Source: Macrostomum lignano
Lineage: Eukaryota
DNA length: 64,000 nucleotides
Assembly (NCBI GenBank): GCA_002269645.1
Contig: NIVC01003250.1
Location: forward strand, 45,117 to 109,116
Direction of reading: 5' to 3'
The position numbers and the translations under genes were made by a program. The notes under the pieces were generated by a model. That model was given only the letters and a program-made list of their open reading frames with translations, was not told the DNA's origin and did no database searches. This document shows, piece by piece, positions 36,573 to 48,963 of this stretch. How positions within the stretch are numbered: position 1 is the first letter of the stretch; each line of letters starts with the position of its first letter.

Positions 36573-39500
36573 ATGCGTTTCCATTTAATTATCTTAGCTA
36601 TCTATGTCTCCTGTTTTCTCATGTTCAGAACAGAAGGCAAATATATCAGTGGAATTCTGAAATCAGACAGTGTAAGTATTTTTTAGCTATTGCTATAGCT
36701 ATGATAAATTAATGCTCAATAGCTTTTAGGGTGGTTCAACTTATTGTTTTAAAATATTGTTTTTTAGATAAAAAATTTTAAGTTTTATATTTGGTTTTTC
36801 TTTTTTATTTGAAACATCTAACATAGGTCATTTTATCTTGTCACCAAACAAGATAAACCAAATCTACTTGCTACCAAAATGACTATCACTAAAAAGGTTC
36901 TGATCTTTTCACCAAAATAACTTTGGCTTGTCATTGAAAAAAAACTATAATTTGTAGCTATAGACTTATAAATTTAATAATTCTTTTACTAATTCATTGT
37001 TTTTTTATGCAGCTTGGCTTTTACTAGCTTAATAATAAAAGATAATTAATAAAAAGATTTCTACTGACCTTACCTAAACTTATTATTTATAGCTAGTATA
37101 TGATATAACTGACATATAATATAATAAGTCTAATATTTTAAGACCTTATATATCAGTTTTAGCAATATTGGTAACAGTTATAGTTCCCTTGATTAATAAC
37201 ACACAAAGTGAATATCCATTGTTTGATGTTGTCAATAAAAGACAATGTAATATTAACAATAGTGAAAAAACTATAAATATCATCATCTTCATTCTTTTGT
37301 ATATATGCACTAATATATGCTTAATTATGCTTAAAATACAATTGTTAGTATATATTGCAAAATCAAATATAAAATAAGGCCTATCTTGCTTGGCTTTAGC
37401 CATTTTATGTTTTTCTTGGACTATCTCAAACCTGCTTTTTGCTTAGTTTACAACTCATTATATTTTTCTTGTCAATTTTTCATTTATATTATTGTTTGTT
37501 AGAATAAATATTAAACTTTTTCTAGAATTTCATTATATAGCTTAAGGCATGACAACTTCTATCATGCATTTGTAACTTGGCAATTTAAATAAGGTTATGC
37601 ATTGACAAGGATAGAACATAGGCCTAGCCATTTGTTTGCTTTGGCAAAATGTTTTATGTTTGATAACTCAAAACCTAATAGAAAAATCAAGTCTATAAAC
37701 CTAGTGCCTAAGAATGTCCATAAACCATCTCTAGAATCGCCCATAAGCCACTAAAATCGCCCAAAAGCCACCTCTAGAATCGCCCATAAACCATTTCTAT
37801 AATCGCCCATAAGCCACCTCTAGAATCGCCCATAAACCATCTCAAGAATCGCCCATAAACATCTCAAGAATCGCCCATAACCACCTCTAGAATCGCCTAC
37901 AAACCATCTTTAGAGTCGCCCATAAACCACCTGTAGAATCGCCTATAAACAGCCTCTATAATTGCCCATAAGCCACCTCTAGAATCGCCCATAAACCACC
38001 TCTAGAATCACCCATAAGCCACCTCTAGAATCGCCTATAAACCACATTGTGCATAATGCATTTATAAAACTTTGACTGCATGGGACAATGAAAATTTCGA
38101 AATTCAATTACCTTTTAGGACTGGCAATTCCTAACCAAGTTTTGCTTCTCGCCAAGTAGCGGCTCTCTGCAATTCAACATGAAATACCCAGTGGTGAGTA
38201 AAATCTGAGAATGTGCATCAAATTTTGAAAATTCCATTCATATTTCTGCTGTTCTAAATTAAATGTCAACTTGGCGCGTATATTTGATTTCCAGCCGTAC
38301 CTGACGCAAAACATGCTGCTTTATTGGGATAAGCGCAATTTCTGGGAGAGTGTTTATAAAACTGACTTGGTGAGCTGATTTATGGTTTATGGTATTTATC
38401 CAGGGAAGAATTTTATATCAGGTAACCAGATGTTCACAAAATCCATCCCCCCCCCCAAATTGGTTTCCTTGCCAGACTTGCACCGAAAAGGAGAGCAAGC
38501 TAACTCCCAGCGACCTTCAACTGTTCCGACTGCGACCAGGCAATAATGACATACCCGGATTGGATTGCAAAACTGTTCGCAATGGGTCGCAACTGCAGTG
38601 CAATTCGCAGAAATTCAGCTTTAATTCTGCCCGACCACGCTGGTGGTACATTGTCATATCTAACTGCAACACTCGGAATGTAAGTCATTTCTATAATAAA
38701 TCGATATTACCAGGTAGCAGGCCTGTGGGCCACCCTGTCGCAACGCCTTAGGCGACATCGTCCCAAAACCAGTGCTGACACCTGGGGCCCGTGCTATAGA
38801 ATACTCTTAACTCCTAAATCCTTAAGAGTGTCCTAACTCCTAGCTCCTAGCTGGCTTTTCTGTGGCACTATAGAATCAAGAGTAAATTTTAAGAGCTAGG
38901 AGGCTCCTTAAGGACGTTAGGAGACTCCTGGGTGAATTTAGGAGAACTCATTAAGGTCCGTGGCATGCTATAGAATTAGGAGAGGAAGTCTAGGAGCTAG
39001 GAGTTGGCTTTTAGGAGTGATTCTAGGAGCGTGTGTCCGATAGAATGAGAAAATTTCGCTCCTAACCCTTGACTCCTAAGCAAGAGTTCAAGGGCCAATT
39101 TTCACTCTTAGACAAGCTACTAGGATTATAATGTTTCGGACAGCCAATCGGATTCTGATGAGGAAGGAGTCAATGATGGACGCCGTCGACAATTTAAGGC
39201 AAGAATTAATTTTTTTGAAGAAGATCCAGCCGAGAGTGCTATGCGTTTTAGACTTAACGAGATCCAGCTTTCAAGCCTAACAGATGGAATTCGACACAGA
39301 ATCGAACATCCAACACGGTGCACATAGCAATCTTCGCATTCTTAGTTATGGTTGTACTAAACGCACAAAAGAGAACCTCTTTGCGTGCAGCGACGGCTCT
39401 CACAAAAGATTTTTTTGAGCAATTTGCATTTTCACTCCTGAGATTCAATCCTTAAGGACCGTAAAGTTAGGATTGTGATATAGCACACAATTCTCTATCA

Positions 39501-42500
39501 TCCTTAAACGATTGCGCAACACTCCTTGAACACACCCCCACTCCTAGGCTGCACTCCTTGCAAGAACTCCTATAGCTCCTAACTCTTAACTCCTGAAATC
39601 TATAGCACATAAAATTCAATCACTCCTTGTCAAGAGTACTCTTGAGTCCTAGCTCCTAACTCCTGATTCTATAGCACGGGCCCCTGGGCACACACAAGCG
39701 CTCCACTACTGCCCCCTTTGGAGGCTGGCACTCATAGATGTGAAAAAAATGATAAATGCTCAATTCCAGGGCTTGCTAATTGAATACGAGATGTGGATGC
39801 GAAATGGAGAGATCGGCAACATATTTAGGGAGCACTTCTCTGCGGACGAAATTTGTACGTGTTTATTTATTTATTTAGCATGACTGTGAGTGTTATATTT
39901 TGCAAATAGTGACCTGTGACCTAGGCTTGAAACTTTTTTTCTTCATTTCACTTTGCAGACATTCTCGAATTCAACATAGCATTCTTTGTGCTGCAACTGG
40001 TGCTGCTGATTCTAGCTGCGCTTGTTGCGGGTAAGTCCCGGGTTCGTATATTTTTCCCCTTGATGCTTTAGATTTAGAGCATTAAGAAATCTTAAAGCGC
40101 AGTGCCATTTGGCATCAGTGAAACATTTCAACAATAAAAATAAAACCAACATCTCTACTCAAACTTAAACTAATTCGCATCTAACTTGAAAAAAACGTGG
40201 TCCAAGTTTCAGAGACTTATTGAGTCACAATATTCTCGTGGTGTTTCAGAGACTTATTGAGTCACAATATTCCCGTGGTGTTTCAGAGACTTATTGACTC
40301 ACAATATTCCCGTGGTGTTTCAGAGACTTATTTTGAGTCACTATATTCCCGTGATGTTTCAGAGACATATTGAGTCACTATATTCCCGTGATGTTTCAGA
40401 GACATATTGAGTCACTATATTCCCGTGATGTTTCAGAGACTTATTGAGTCACTATATTCCCGTGATGTCTCAGAGACTTATTTTAAGTCACAATATTCCC
40501 GTGGTGTTTCAGAGACTTATTGACTCACAATATTCCCGTGGTGTTTCAGAGACTTATTGGGTCACAATATTCCCGTGATGTTTCAGAGACTTATTGAGTC
40601 ACTATATTCCCGTGATGTTTCAGAGACTTATTGAGTCACTATATTCCCGTGATGTTTCAGAGACTTATTGTCAGGTCCTATTTCCATGATTTTCTTCATC
40701 TCAATGTATTACATTTTAAAACTCTCAGAAAAATAAAGATCGGCTGAAGTTTAGTGAAATCAGATACCGCTTATTTCATCATTGCGCATTGAATTGAGCA
40801 ATTCCCCATCAACATTCCGCAGTCCGCCTACGCCGCAAGCAGCTGTTGCACAGAACCTACAAACTCTATCTGCTATCGCTCAGCTTGACCCTATTGTCAA
40901 CCTTATTTTGCTGTATCACCTATTTGAGCTACGGATCGACCGGTTATAAATCTGTCGAATTATACTACTTGTGTAAGTAGCTTTCAGACTTTGTTGTTTT
41001 TCTATTCCTAAAGCCGCTAATTGCTTCAGTTGACAAAGTCTGTGATGTCCTGATTTAATGGGGCTGGGTTCCCTTAACTGCCCACACCTTTCAGCAGGCA
41101 GTGTTTAATCAGGCGCAGAAGCCTGTTAGTTAAAGGCAGCTGGTCCCGCCCTGCTTCTGCCCTTGCAATCCTTTGATGCTTCAAAACTTTTTATTCTGTG
41201 TGTTTTTGCCTGCAATTTGCAAGCTGAACAGGTTCTGTACAGGCATAATTGCGATAGCCGAAGGTTATTTATCGCTATGACTGCAAGTTAAGCTGACTTG
41301 GCCGTGGTTAGCATCGAGCTTTAACAATTTTCCTATAATAATAAAGATTTGTAAACAAAAAATTGATTTCTCCATTCTCAAACAGCCGCTGCACTGCAGT
41401 CGGGCGGCACCCTCGCCCAGCAACTGCTGGTGCTGCTGCTCGGCCTTGGCTACTCCGTCACCTGCGGCCGCCTGCCCGCCTGGGCCACCGCCCTCATCTC
41501 CGCCCTACTGACCGCCCTCACCGCCGGCTACACCGCCCTATTCGCTGTTGAGGCCGCCTCAGCCGATCCCGGCCTGGTCTATTGGCGCTGGTCCAGCCTC
41601 CCAGGCTACTGCCTCATCGGATTGCAGCTGGCCGCCTGTCTGGCCTTCGCCGCCTGCGCCGGTCGCACCCTGGCTAGGCACCGGGCTAAGCGATCGTTCT
41701 ACGGCCCGCTGCTGGCCGTGTACACCGTCTGGCAGCTCTGCCTGCCTGCCGGAGCCGCCGTCTGCGCTGCCTGGGTGCCGGCCTTCATGCGGGCCAGAGT
41801 GGCGTCCGGCATCGATCTGTGCCTCATGTTCATCGCCCAGCTGGCCTTCCTGCTGCTGGCCTGGCCCGCCATTGGCAATCCCTGCTTCCCCTACGATCTG
41901 AAGACTTCGCAGGTGAGATACGCCAAGCTGGCTTCTGTCATGACTGGGATTCTTCAGGCTGAGCTATCCGCAATTATCCTCTGGTTCCTTCAGGCTGAGC
42001 TACCTGTTACTTCAGGCTTGTGCCGCCACCGCCAGCCTCCCAGATCCTCAGTTGCTGGGCCAGCCTCCCAGATCCTCAGTTGCTGGGCCAGCCTCCCAGA
42101 GTGTCAGTTGCTGGGCCAGCCTCCTAGATCCTCAGTTGCTGGGCCAGCCTCCCAGAGTGTCAGTTGCTGGGCCAGCCTCCTAGATCCTCAGTTGCTGGGC
42201 CAGCCTCCCAGATCCTCAGTTGGTGGGGCAGCCTCCCAGATCCTCAGTTGGTGGGGCAGCCTCCCAGATCCTCAGTTGGTGGGGCAGCCTCCCAGATCCT
42301 CAGTTGGTGGGGCAGCCTCCCAGATCCTCAGTTGCTGGGCCAGCCTCCCAGATCCTCAGTTGGTGGGGCAGCCTCCCAGATCCTCAGTTGGTGGGGCAGC
42401 CTCCCAGATCCTCAGTTGGTGGGGCACTGCTAGCCTCCCAGCCTCCCAGATCCTCAGTTGGTGGGGCAGCCTCCCAGAGTGTCAGTTGCTGGGCCAGCCT

Positions 42501-45034
42501 CCCAGATCCTCAGTTGCTGGGCCAGCCTCCCAGATCCTCAGTTGGTGGGGCACTGCTAGCCTCCCAGCCTCCCAGATCCTCAGTTGGTGGGGCACTGCTA
42601 GCCTTCCAGACTCCCAGATCCTGTTGCTGGGGAACTGCTAGCCTCCAGACTCCCGGATCCTCAGTTGCTTTGTCATCTGTCAATCTGCCAAAGTCAAAGC
42701 TTTTCTAAAGTTTTCAAATTTTATTAAGCTGCAAATTAATTAAAAATATCAGAGTTATAATTATTATAATAAAAACTAGAATAAAAAATAATTATAATCC
42801 TTTTCGCCGCGGGTTTCCCATCTGAAGGTAGCCGCTAATTGGGGCAGGCGGTGCCGATGAAGACGCGCAGCCTCTTCAAACCGGCGCATTTCGCCATGTT
42901 AGCAGCATTCTTGTTAAAACGAGTACCTCTGGCGGGATTGCGCAATCCCCTTGTCATTCAAACCATGCGCTGGTATTGCGTAACCAGGCGTCAGCTGCTA
43001 AGTAAAATATAGAAGCCCTAAAAATTTCGACTTGCTATGCAGGAAAATTAATATTGGATTTGAAGTTTTTTAATTTTATATTTACAAAAACTTGGCAACA
43101 GATCAAAGCATGTATAAACTGTATGAGTGATTAGAATATTCCACTGCTGGAAGGGCTTCTGGAGTGTGGGAATCTGTAAGTCATTAAAGCGTTCTCAGGC
43201 TTCATCTAATTGCTTGTTTCACGTCAGAGGAGTGTCTTCGTCTAGGCAAATATATATGATGCTTGTTTGGTACGTTCGCATCTGAAACCCCTGCCCTGTG
43301 CTCTCTGGCTGAGGTAGACTGCTCAACAACTATATTATTGTAGTAATTTCGTCTCCAGAGTAATAAACTAGGTGGTGGCAGGTACACTACACCTGCAGCT
43401 ATTATTGTACCATTGTGTGGAATAAATTTCTTGTTGTACAAGCGTATGTTTCTCTAGCGAGCAAATATCGTTTCTTTGCAATAATATGCTTCAGTCAGTG
43501 GGTGAATTATCTGTTTTAATCCCTAAAGTTCTCCCTAAAATTGTTGCTCACGCCGTACTTCACAAAAGCTTGTCAAACTCTATCTGTACTACTTTTAGTA
43601 AGAATGCGAGTATTTTTATGCAAGTTTTATTACTATTAGATAAGAAATTAATTAGTATTATACTTGGTAGCTAGAATAAGTCAGGTGTTTTCTAACAAGT
43701 CTTACAAGTAATTAGGACGAGCAACCTTCGTTTCTTGGAAAAGACTGTTGTGTCATTTTTTCGGCACAAAAATAGTTTCTCTTTGCATCGGCTTTTTAAG
43801 CGGCAGTATTTCAGTGCCATTCGGCATCCTGGGTCCAAATTCAGGATACCAAGTTCAAATCCAGGATGAGTTCAAATAAATTAACACACCAACATCTCTA
43901 CCCTACTCTACCATGTTTATAAGTTGAGTCGCTTTCACATTAACAGTTCTGGAATCTTGAAATCCCAGGAACCGATTTTATATGAGCTAGATACTTCTAA
44001 TGAAATATGAATTACCGAAAATGTATAATTTACAATTAATGACATCTTTTTTGGCTGCTTCCATTGTCAGAATCCAGCTCTTGTGCTGCTTTCATTGTCA
44101 GAATCCAGCTCTTGTGCTGTTTCCATTGTCAGAATCCAGCTCTTGTGCTGTTTCCATTGTCAGAATCCAGCTCTTGTGCTGCTTCCATTGTCAGAATCCA
44201 GCTCTTGTGCTGCTTTCATTGTCAGAATCCAGCTCTTGTGCTGCTTCCATTGTCAGAATCTAGCTCTTGTGCTGCTTTCATTGTCAGAATCCAGCTCTTG
44301 TGCTGCTTCCATTGTCAGAATCCAGCTCTTGTGCTGCTTCCATTGTCAGAATCCAGACAACAATATTCCGTACAAAGTCCTCATTTTGAATCCCCAACGT
44401 GCAGATCGGCGCCATCACCTACGAGGACGCCGAGGAGCGGGCCGCTGTCGGTCGCGACTTGGGCGGCCTCGGCGGCGACATTGACGTTCACGGCGGCGGC
44501 GGCGGTGGAGGCGGCGGCGGCCTCGGCGGCATGGGGAAGCTGGCCTGCGACCCGCTGCCAGACGGCCGCCCGTTTGCCCAGTTCTCCCTGTCGCAGAGCC
44601 GCAGCTTCATCGGCGTGCCGGCTAATAATTCTTCGTCGAGTCTGCTGCTGCACCAGCAGAAGCAGCAGCAACAACAGGCGGCTGCTGCTGCCGCCGCCGC
44701 CGCGGCAACGCCTGTCTACGAGGAGATTCGCGATTGCTCATCTTCGGTGGACCGGTACTCGGCCTACTCCAACACGGCGACTTCCCCGCGTCGCCCAGAG
44801 TCAACGCTAATTGGCTGGTCGTCTGGAGGACTTGGCGGAGTCGCCGGCGTCGGCGGCGTCAGCAGCGGCAGCGGCAATCTGCTCTACGAATCGTCCGATC
44901 CAGCCAGGGTGCAGCAAGGCGGAGCTCTAGTTAGCGGCGGCTATCCCAGCATGGGCGTCAGCTCGCTGTCCTACTGCGGCTTCCCGACTAACGAGAGGCG
45001 GCGCGGCGGCAGCCGGCCATCCCTGCCAGTCTGA
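36573..45034 (+). CDS. TMEM145: TMEM145 (GPR180/intimal-thickness-receptor family, GOLD domain plus 7TM), 9 exons, ~638 aa
   Basis: Exons 36573-36671, 38119-38193 ([10 protein letters not shown]), 38295-38369 (QNMLLYWD), 38476-38679 ([12 protein letters not shown]), 39770-39854 (EYEM..HFSADE), 39959-40030, 40823-40972 ([10 protein letters not shown]), 41386-41912 ([18 protein letters not shown]) and 44405-45034. All junctions GT-AG with consistent phases. Confidence 0.9.
37725..38045. repeat. 23-bp minisatellite CCACCTCTAGAATCGCCCATAAG in TMEM145 intron 1
   Basis: Directly visible. Confidence 0.9.
38785..39683. mobile_element. Internally deleted PIF/Harbinger DNA transposon in TMEM145 intron 4
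   Basis: Perfect TIRs GGGCCCGTGCTATAGAAT / ATTCTATAGCACGGGCCC, 3-bp TSD CTG, and subterminal repeats. Transposase N-terminal remnant at 39136-39327 (+) and a Myb/SANT-like remnant at ~39448-39320 (-). Confidence 0.85.
40206..40670. repeat. 37-bp minisatellite GTTTCAGAGACTTATTGAGTCACAATATTCCCGTGGT in TMEM145 intron 6
   Basis: ~12 units. Confidence 0.93.
42033..42665. repeat. 28-bp minisatellite CAGCCTCCCAGATCCTCAGTTGCTGGGC in TMEM145 intron 8
   Basis: Directly visible. Confidence 0.93.
44055..44355. repeat. 31-bp minisatellite TTCCATTGTCAGAATCCAGCTCTTGTGCTGC in TMEM145 intron 8
   Basis: ~9-10 units just upstream of the last acceptor. Confidence 0.93.
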
Positions 45035-45363
45035 CTGAGGCGTCTGTCTTTTCTTACTTTGGTTCCGCGACAATTGCCTGCAGTCGCAATCGCTGGCAAT
45101 CAGGCAAGAAAATGGACTAAACAGGTGTCACTGCAAGGCAATGTTCGTGTGCTATAGTTTTACTGTGCTTAAATTTTGATTGAGCAGCTTCTGATTTTGT
45201 AACAGTTATCTAGTTCGTCGATCTCTCTATGGATAAATGCCGAAGAACAGACCGGCTTATCGTGTTTTTTAGTCTGTTGCAATTTTTTACCTTCAGTTTT
45301 AAGTCCTTAAAATTGTTATCGCTACAAAGAGGAATTACTTCTATTGCCAAAACTATTATCCAT

Positions 45364-45369
45364 AATAAA
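45364..45369 (+). promoter_or_regulatory. Candidate polyadenylation signal of TMEM145
   Basis: AATAAA 330 nt after the stop codon, immediately before a tandem array. Confidence 0.3.
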
Positions 45370-45394
45370 TTTAATCATTAACTACGATAACTTA

Positions 45395-46510
45395 TGTGGG
45401 GAATTCCCTCAGTAAGCTAAAATCGCTAGTGTGGGGAATTCCCTCAATAAAATACAATCGCTAGTGTGAGGAATTCCCTCAATAAACTACGATCGCTAGT
45501 GTGGGGAATTCCCTCAATAAAATACGATCGCTAGTGTGGGGAATTCCCTCAATAAAATACGATCGCTAGTGTGGGGAATTCCCTCAATAAGCTACAATCG
45601 CTAGTGTGGGGAATTCCGTAAATAAACTACAATCGCTAGTGTGAGGAATCCCTCAATAGACTACGATCGCTAGTGTAAAGAATTCCCTCAATAGACTACG
45701 ATCGCTAGTGTGGGGGATTCCCTCAATAGACTACAATCGCTAGTGTGGGGAATTCCCTCAATAGACTACAATCGCTAGTGTGGGGAATTCCCTCAATAGA
45801 CTACGATCGCTAGTGTGGGGGATTCCCTCAATAGACTACGATCGCTAGTGTGGGGAATTCCCTCAATAGACTACAATCGCTAGTGTGGGGAATTCCCTCA
45901 ATAGACTACGATCGCTAGTGTGAGGAATTCCCTCAATAGACTACGATCGCTAGTGTGGGGAATTCCCTCAATAGACTACAATCGCTAGTGTGGAGAATTC
46001 CCTCAATAAGCTACGATCGCTAGTGTGGGGAATTCCCTCAATAAGCTACAATCGCTAGTGTGGAGAATTCCCTCAATAAACTACGATCGCTAGTGTGGGG
46101 AATTCCCTCAATAGACTACAATCGCTAGTGTGGGGAATTCCGTAAATAAACTACAATCGCTAGTGTGGGGAATTCCCTCAATAGACTACAATCGCTAGTG
46201 TGGGGAAGTCCCTCAATAGACTACGATCGCTAGTGTGGGGAATTCCCTCAATAGACTACGATCGCTAGTGTAGAGAATTCCCTCAATAAGCTACAATCGC
46301 TAGGGTGGGGAATTCCCTCAATAAGCTACAATCGCTAGTGTGAGGAATTCCTTCAATAAAATACAATCGCTAGTGTGGAGAATTCCCTTAATAAGCTACA
46401 ATCGCTAGTGTGGGGAATTCCCTCAATAAGCTACAATCGCTAGTGTGGAGAATTCCCTCAATAAGCTACAATCGCTAGTGTGGAGAATTCCCTCAATCAA
46501 CTACGATCGG
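45395..46510. repeat. 35-bp minisatellite ATCGCTAGTGTGGGGAATTCCCTCAATAGACTACG
   Basis: ~32 units, each with the palindrome GGGAATTCCC or a variant of it. Confidence 0.96.
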
Positions 46511-48064
46511 TAGTGTCAATCTGTGGTACCTGGCAGTTGATACTAGTAAATTTAGCAAGAGTTCTGTTATTGCTTCAGGTCCCTGTATATATACGATATT
46601 AGTGAATTGAAATACAAACTGGTCGGTGTTAGCATCATTGTGGTTTGAAGCAAAAACTCAGAACTTCATTCCAATCGCCTGCAATTTTTCTTCTTAAAAG
46701 AAAAATGTTAATTTTTGCACTTCTCCACGGGCCTATACATTTAAGTGGGCCAAGCTACACGTGTATTCATTTATTGTACGTACAATGGTTACGAGTATTG
46801 CAATTAGCTGTTTCTTTTATCTTCGAAAGCAGTTTCGCCTTGGAAAATGCTCATTGTTTTTATTTAATCCTGAACACAATTTTTTGACTGACAACCAATG
46901 CACCGAGCACCATGCAGTCCACCTCGCTGTGTCTCGCACTCTTCCCCAATCATTCGGCATTTTTCCTTGTGTTTCCTTTGTTTCACTGCACAGCAGATGT
47001 ATACATATATAAATATTGAGTATGCTTCTCTTGATGCCCAAGCGTGCACCAGATTTCTAGTACTGCAAGATGTGCAGTGCAGTAAATCTTCTGACTTAAT
47101 GCAAATTTATCATTGATTGTTATTAAAGCGGCAACATTGCGTTATGATTTAATTACGATGTTAATTACTGCAGTGATTTTGTTTTGTATAGACTATATAC
47201 AATTGTATGCAGTAAGCTTCTTTGTTAGTTGTTTGCTTTACACTAAATTTTGTGGTTTGCGATTCATCATTTATATTAATTAAAGAATGCACAAATTCAC
47301 CCGCTTTGATCACGCTTAACTTTAAATTTTAATTTGCTTATTTAGCCTTGACTTTTTACTCTGAGACGCTTTGTAATTCTTTTTTTACACTGTATTTCTT
47401 ATGCTACTGCGATACAAATGCAAATTACCTACTTACCCTCGTAACATTTTATTAGTCAAATTGTTAAAAAAAGTACATATCAGTTGTGTAGTATCTTTGG
47501 TTATTTCTGACACCGTTTTGTCTTAATTAAGGACATTTAATTGTGTTTAAAAACGCCTTCAGTCTTGAGAAAGTCATTTTTGTGTTATTTAACTTTAAGG
47601 ATCTGCTAAAACTGATATCAAAACATAGTAACAACAGGTTCGATGGCAGCATTATGTATTTTCATTAAAAACCGAATTAGTAGGATAAACTTATCGAAAA
47701 CCAGTATACCACAGTAATACATAAGATACTTGAGCTATTTAATTTTCCCTCACCTAAGGTTTGATGAAAGTTAGTTGCGCTTAAATAGTTTCTCGGAAAC
47801 AATAATCTGACATTTATAAAGAGGAAAATTGCCAGCGTAAATAAAATTGTATAAAAATTAAGCAAAGAAACTTAGAGAAATAGCGAAATGTTCCTACAAG
47901 TAATGTTATGGGCAAGCTCTTTATGCTTATGTATAATGCAGCTGGGTAACTGTCTATGGCACTGCGGTGCAGGCCGTCAGAAAGGATGAAAAGCGCGAAA
48001 GCGATAGTCTACAAGCAGACCCACGTCGACTGCCATTTTTTACCGTTCAAACTACCAAAATGTA

Positions 48065-48633
48065 TTTACTCTCCACTTGGGCCCGGCCATAGAAAACAGA
48101 AACGTATTTATTCATCACTTGGGCCCGGCCATAGACTACAGAAACGTATTTATTCATCACTTGGGCCCGGCCATAGACTACAGAAACGTATTTATTCCCC
48201 ACTTGGGCCCGGTCATAGACTACAGAAACGTATTTATTCTCCACTTGGGCCCGGCCATAGACTACAAAAACGTATTTATTCCCTACTTGGGCCCGGCCAT
48301 AGACTACAGAAACGTATTTATTCTCCACTTGGGCCCGGCTATGGACTACAGAAACGTATTTATTCCCTACTTGGGCCCGGCCATAGACTACAGAAACGTA
48401 TTTATTCCCTACTTGGGCCCGGCCATAGACTACAGAAACGTATTTATTCCCTACTTGGGCCCGGCCATAGACTACAAAACCGTATTTATTCCCTACTTGG
48501 GCCCGGCCATAGACTACAAAACCGTATTTATTCCCTACTTGGGCCCGGCCATAGACTACAAAAACGTATTTATTCCCCCACGGGCCCGGCCATAGACTAC
48601 AAAAACGTATTTATTCCCCCACGGGCCCGGCCA
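48065..48633. repeat. 42-bp minisatellite CTTGGGCCCGGCCATAGACTACAGAAACGTATTTATTCCCTA
   Basis: ~13 units, downstream of trehalase. Confidence 0.95.
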
Positions 48634-48963
48634 TAAGATAATCGAAGATATCATCTACTGAAATAAACAAGTACAAATGCTAGCTACAGAAATCTATCTT
48701 ATACCTATAAAATGAAAACTTTGTGTGTCTGTCTGTCTTAAACTTATAAAGCTGAAAGAGGAACAAACCTAAATAAAATACCATTTTATGATTTTACTGA
48801 TTTAAAACATGGGCTACAAATTTACAATTAATCAATTACAAAATAATTTTGCCCTGGAATAGAACAGTTGGAGAATTGATTCAATCCAGCACATAACTGA
48901 CAGGTTTCATTTACAATCTATTTAAAATCGACTAGTTCGAAAGCAAACAGATGGCCTACAGCG

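Noticed and set aside
41913-42641. Extension of ORF 41430-42641 beyond TSQ
   Set aside because: It reads through a strong donor (CAG|GTGAGA) into an intronic 28-bp repeat; homology resumes at 44405.
45395-46510. CRISPR-like look of regularly spaced palindromic repeats (also 975-2705, 40206-40670, 48065-48633)
   Set aside because: There are no unique spacers and no cas genes, and the context is eukaryotic; these are head-to-tail minisatellites.
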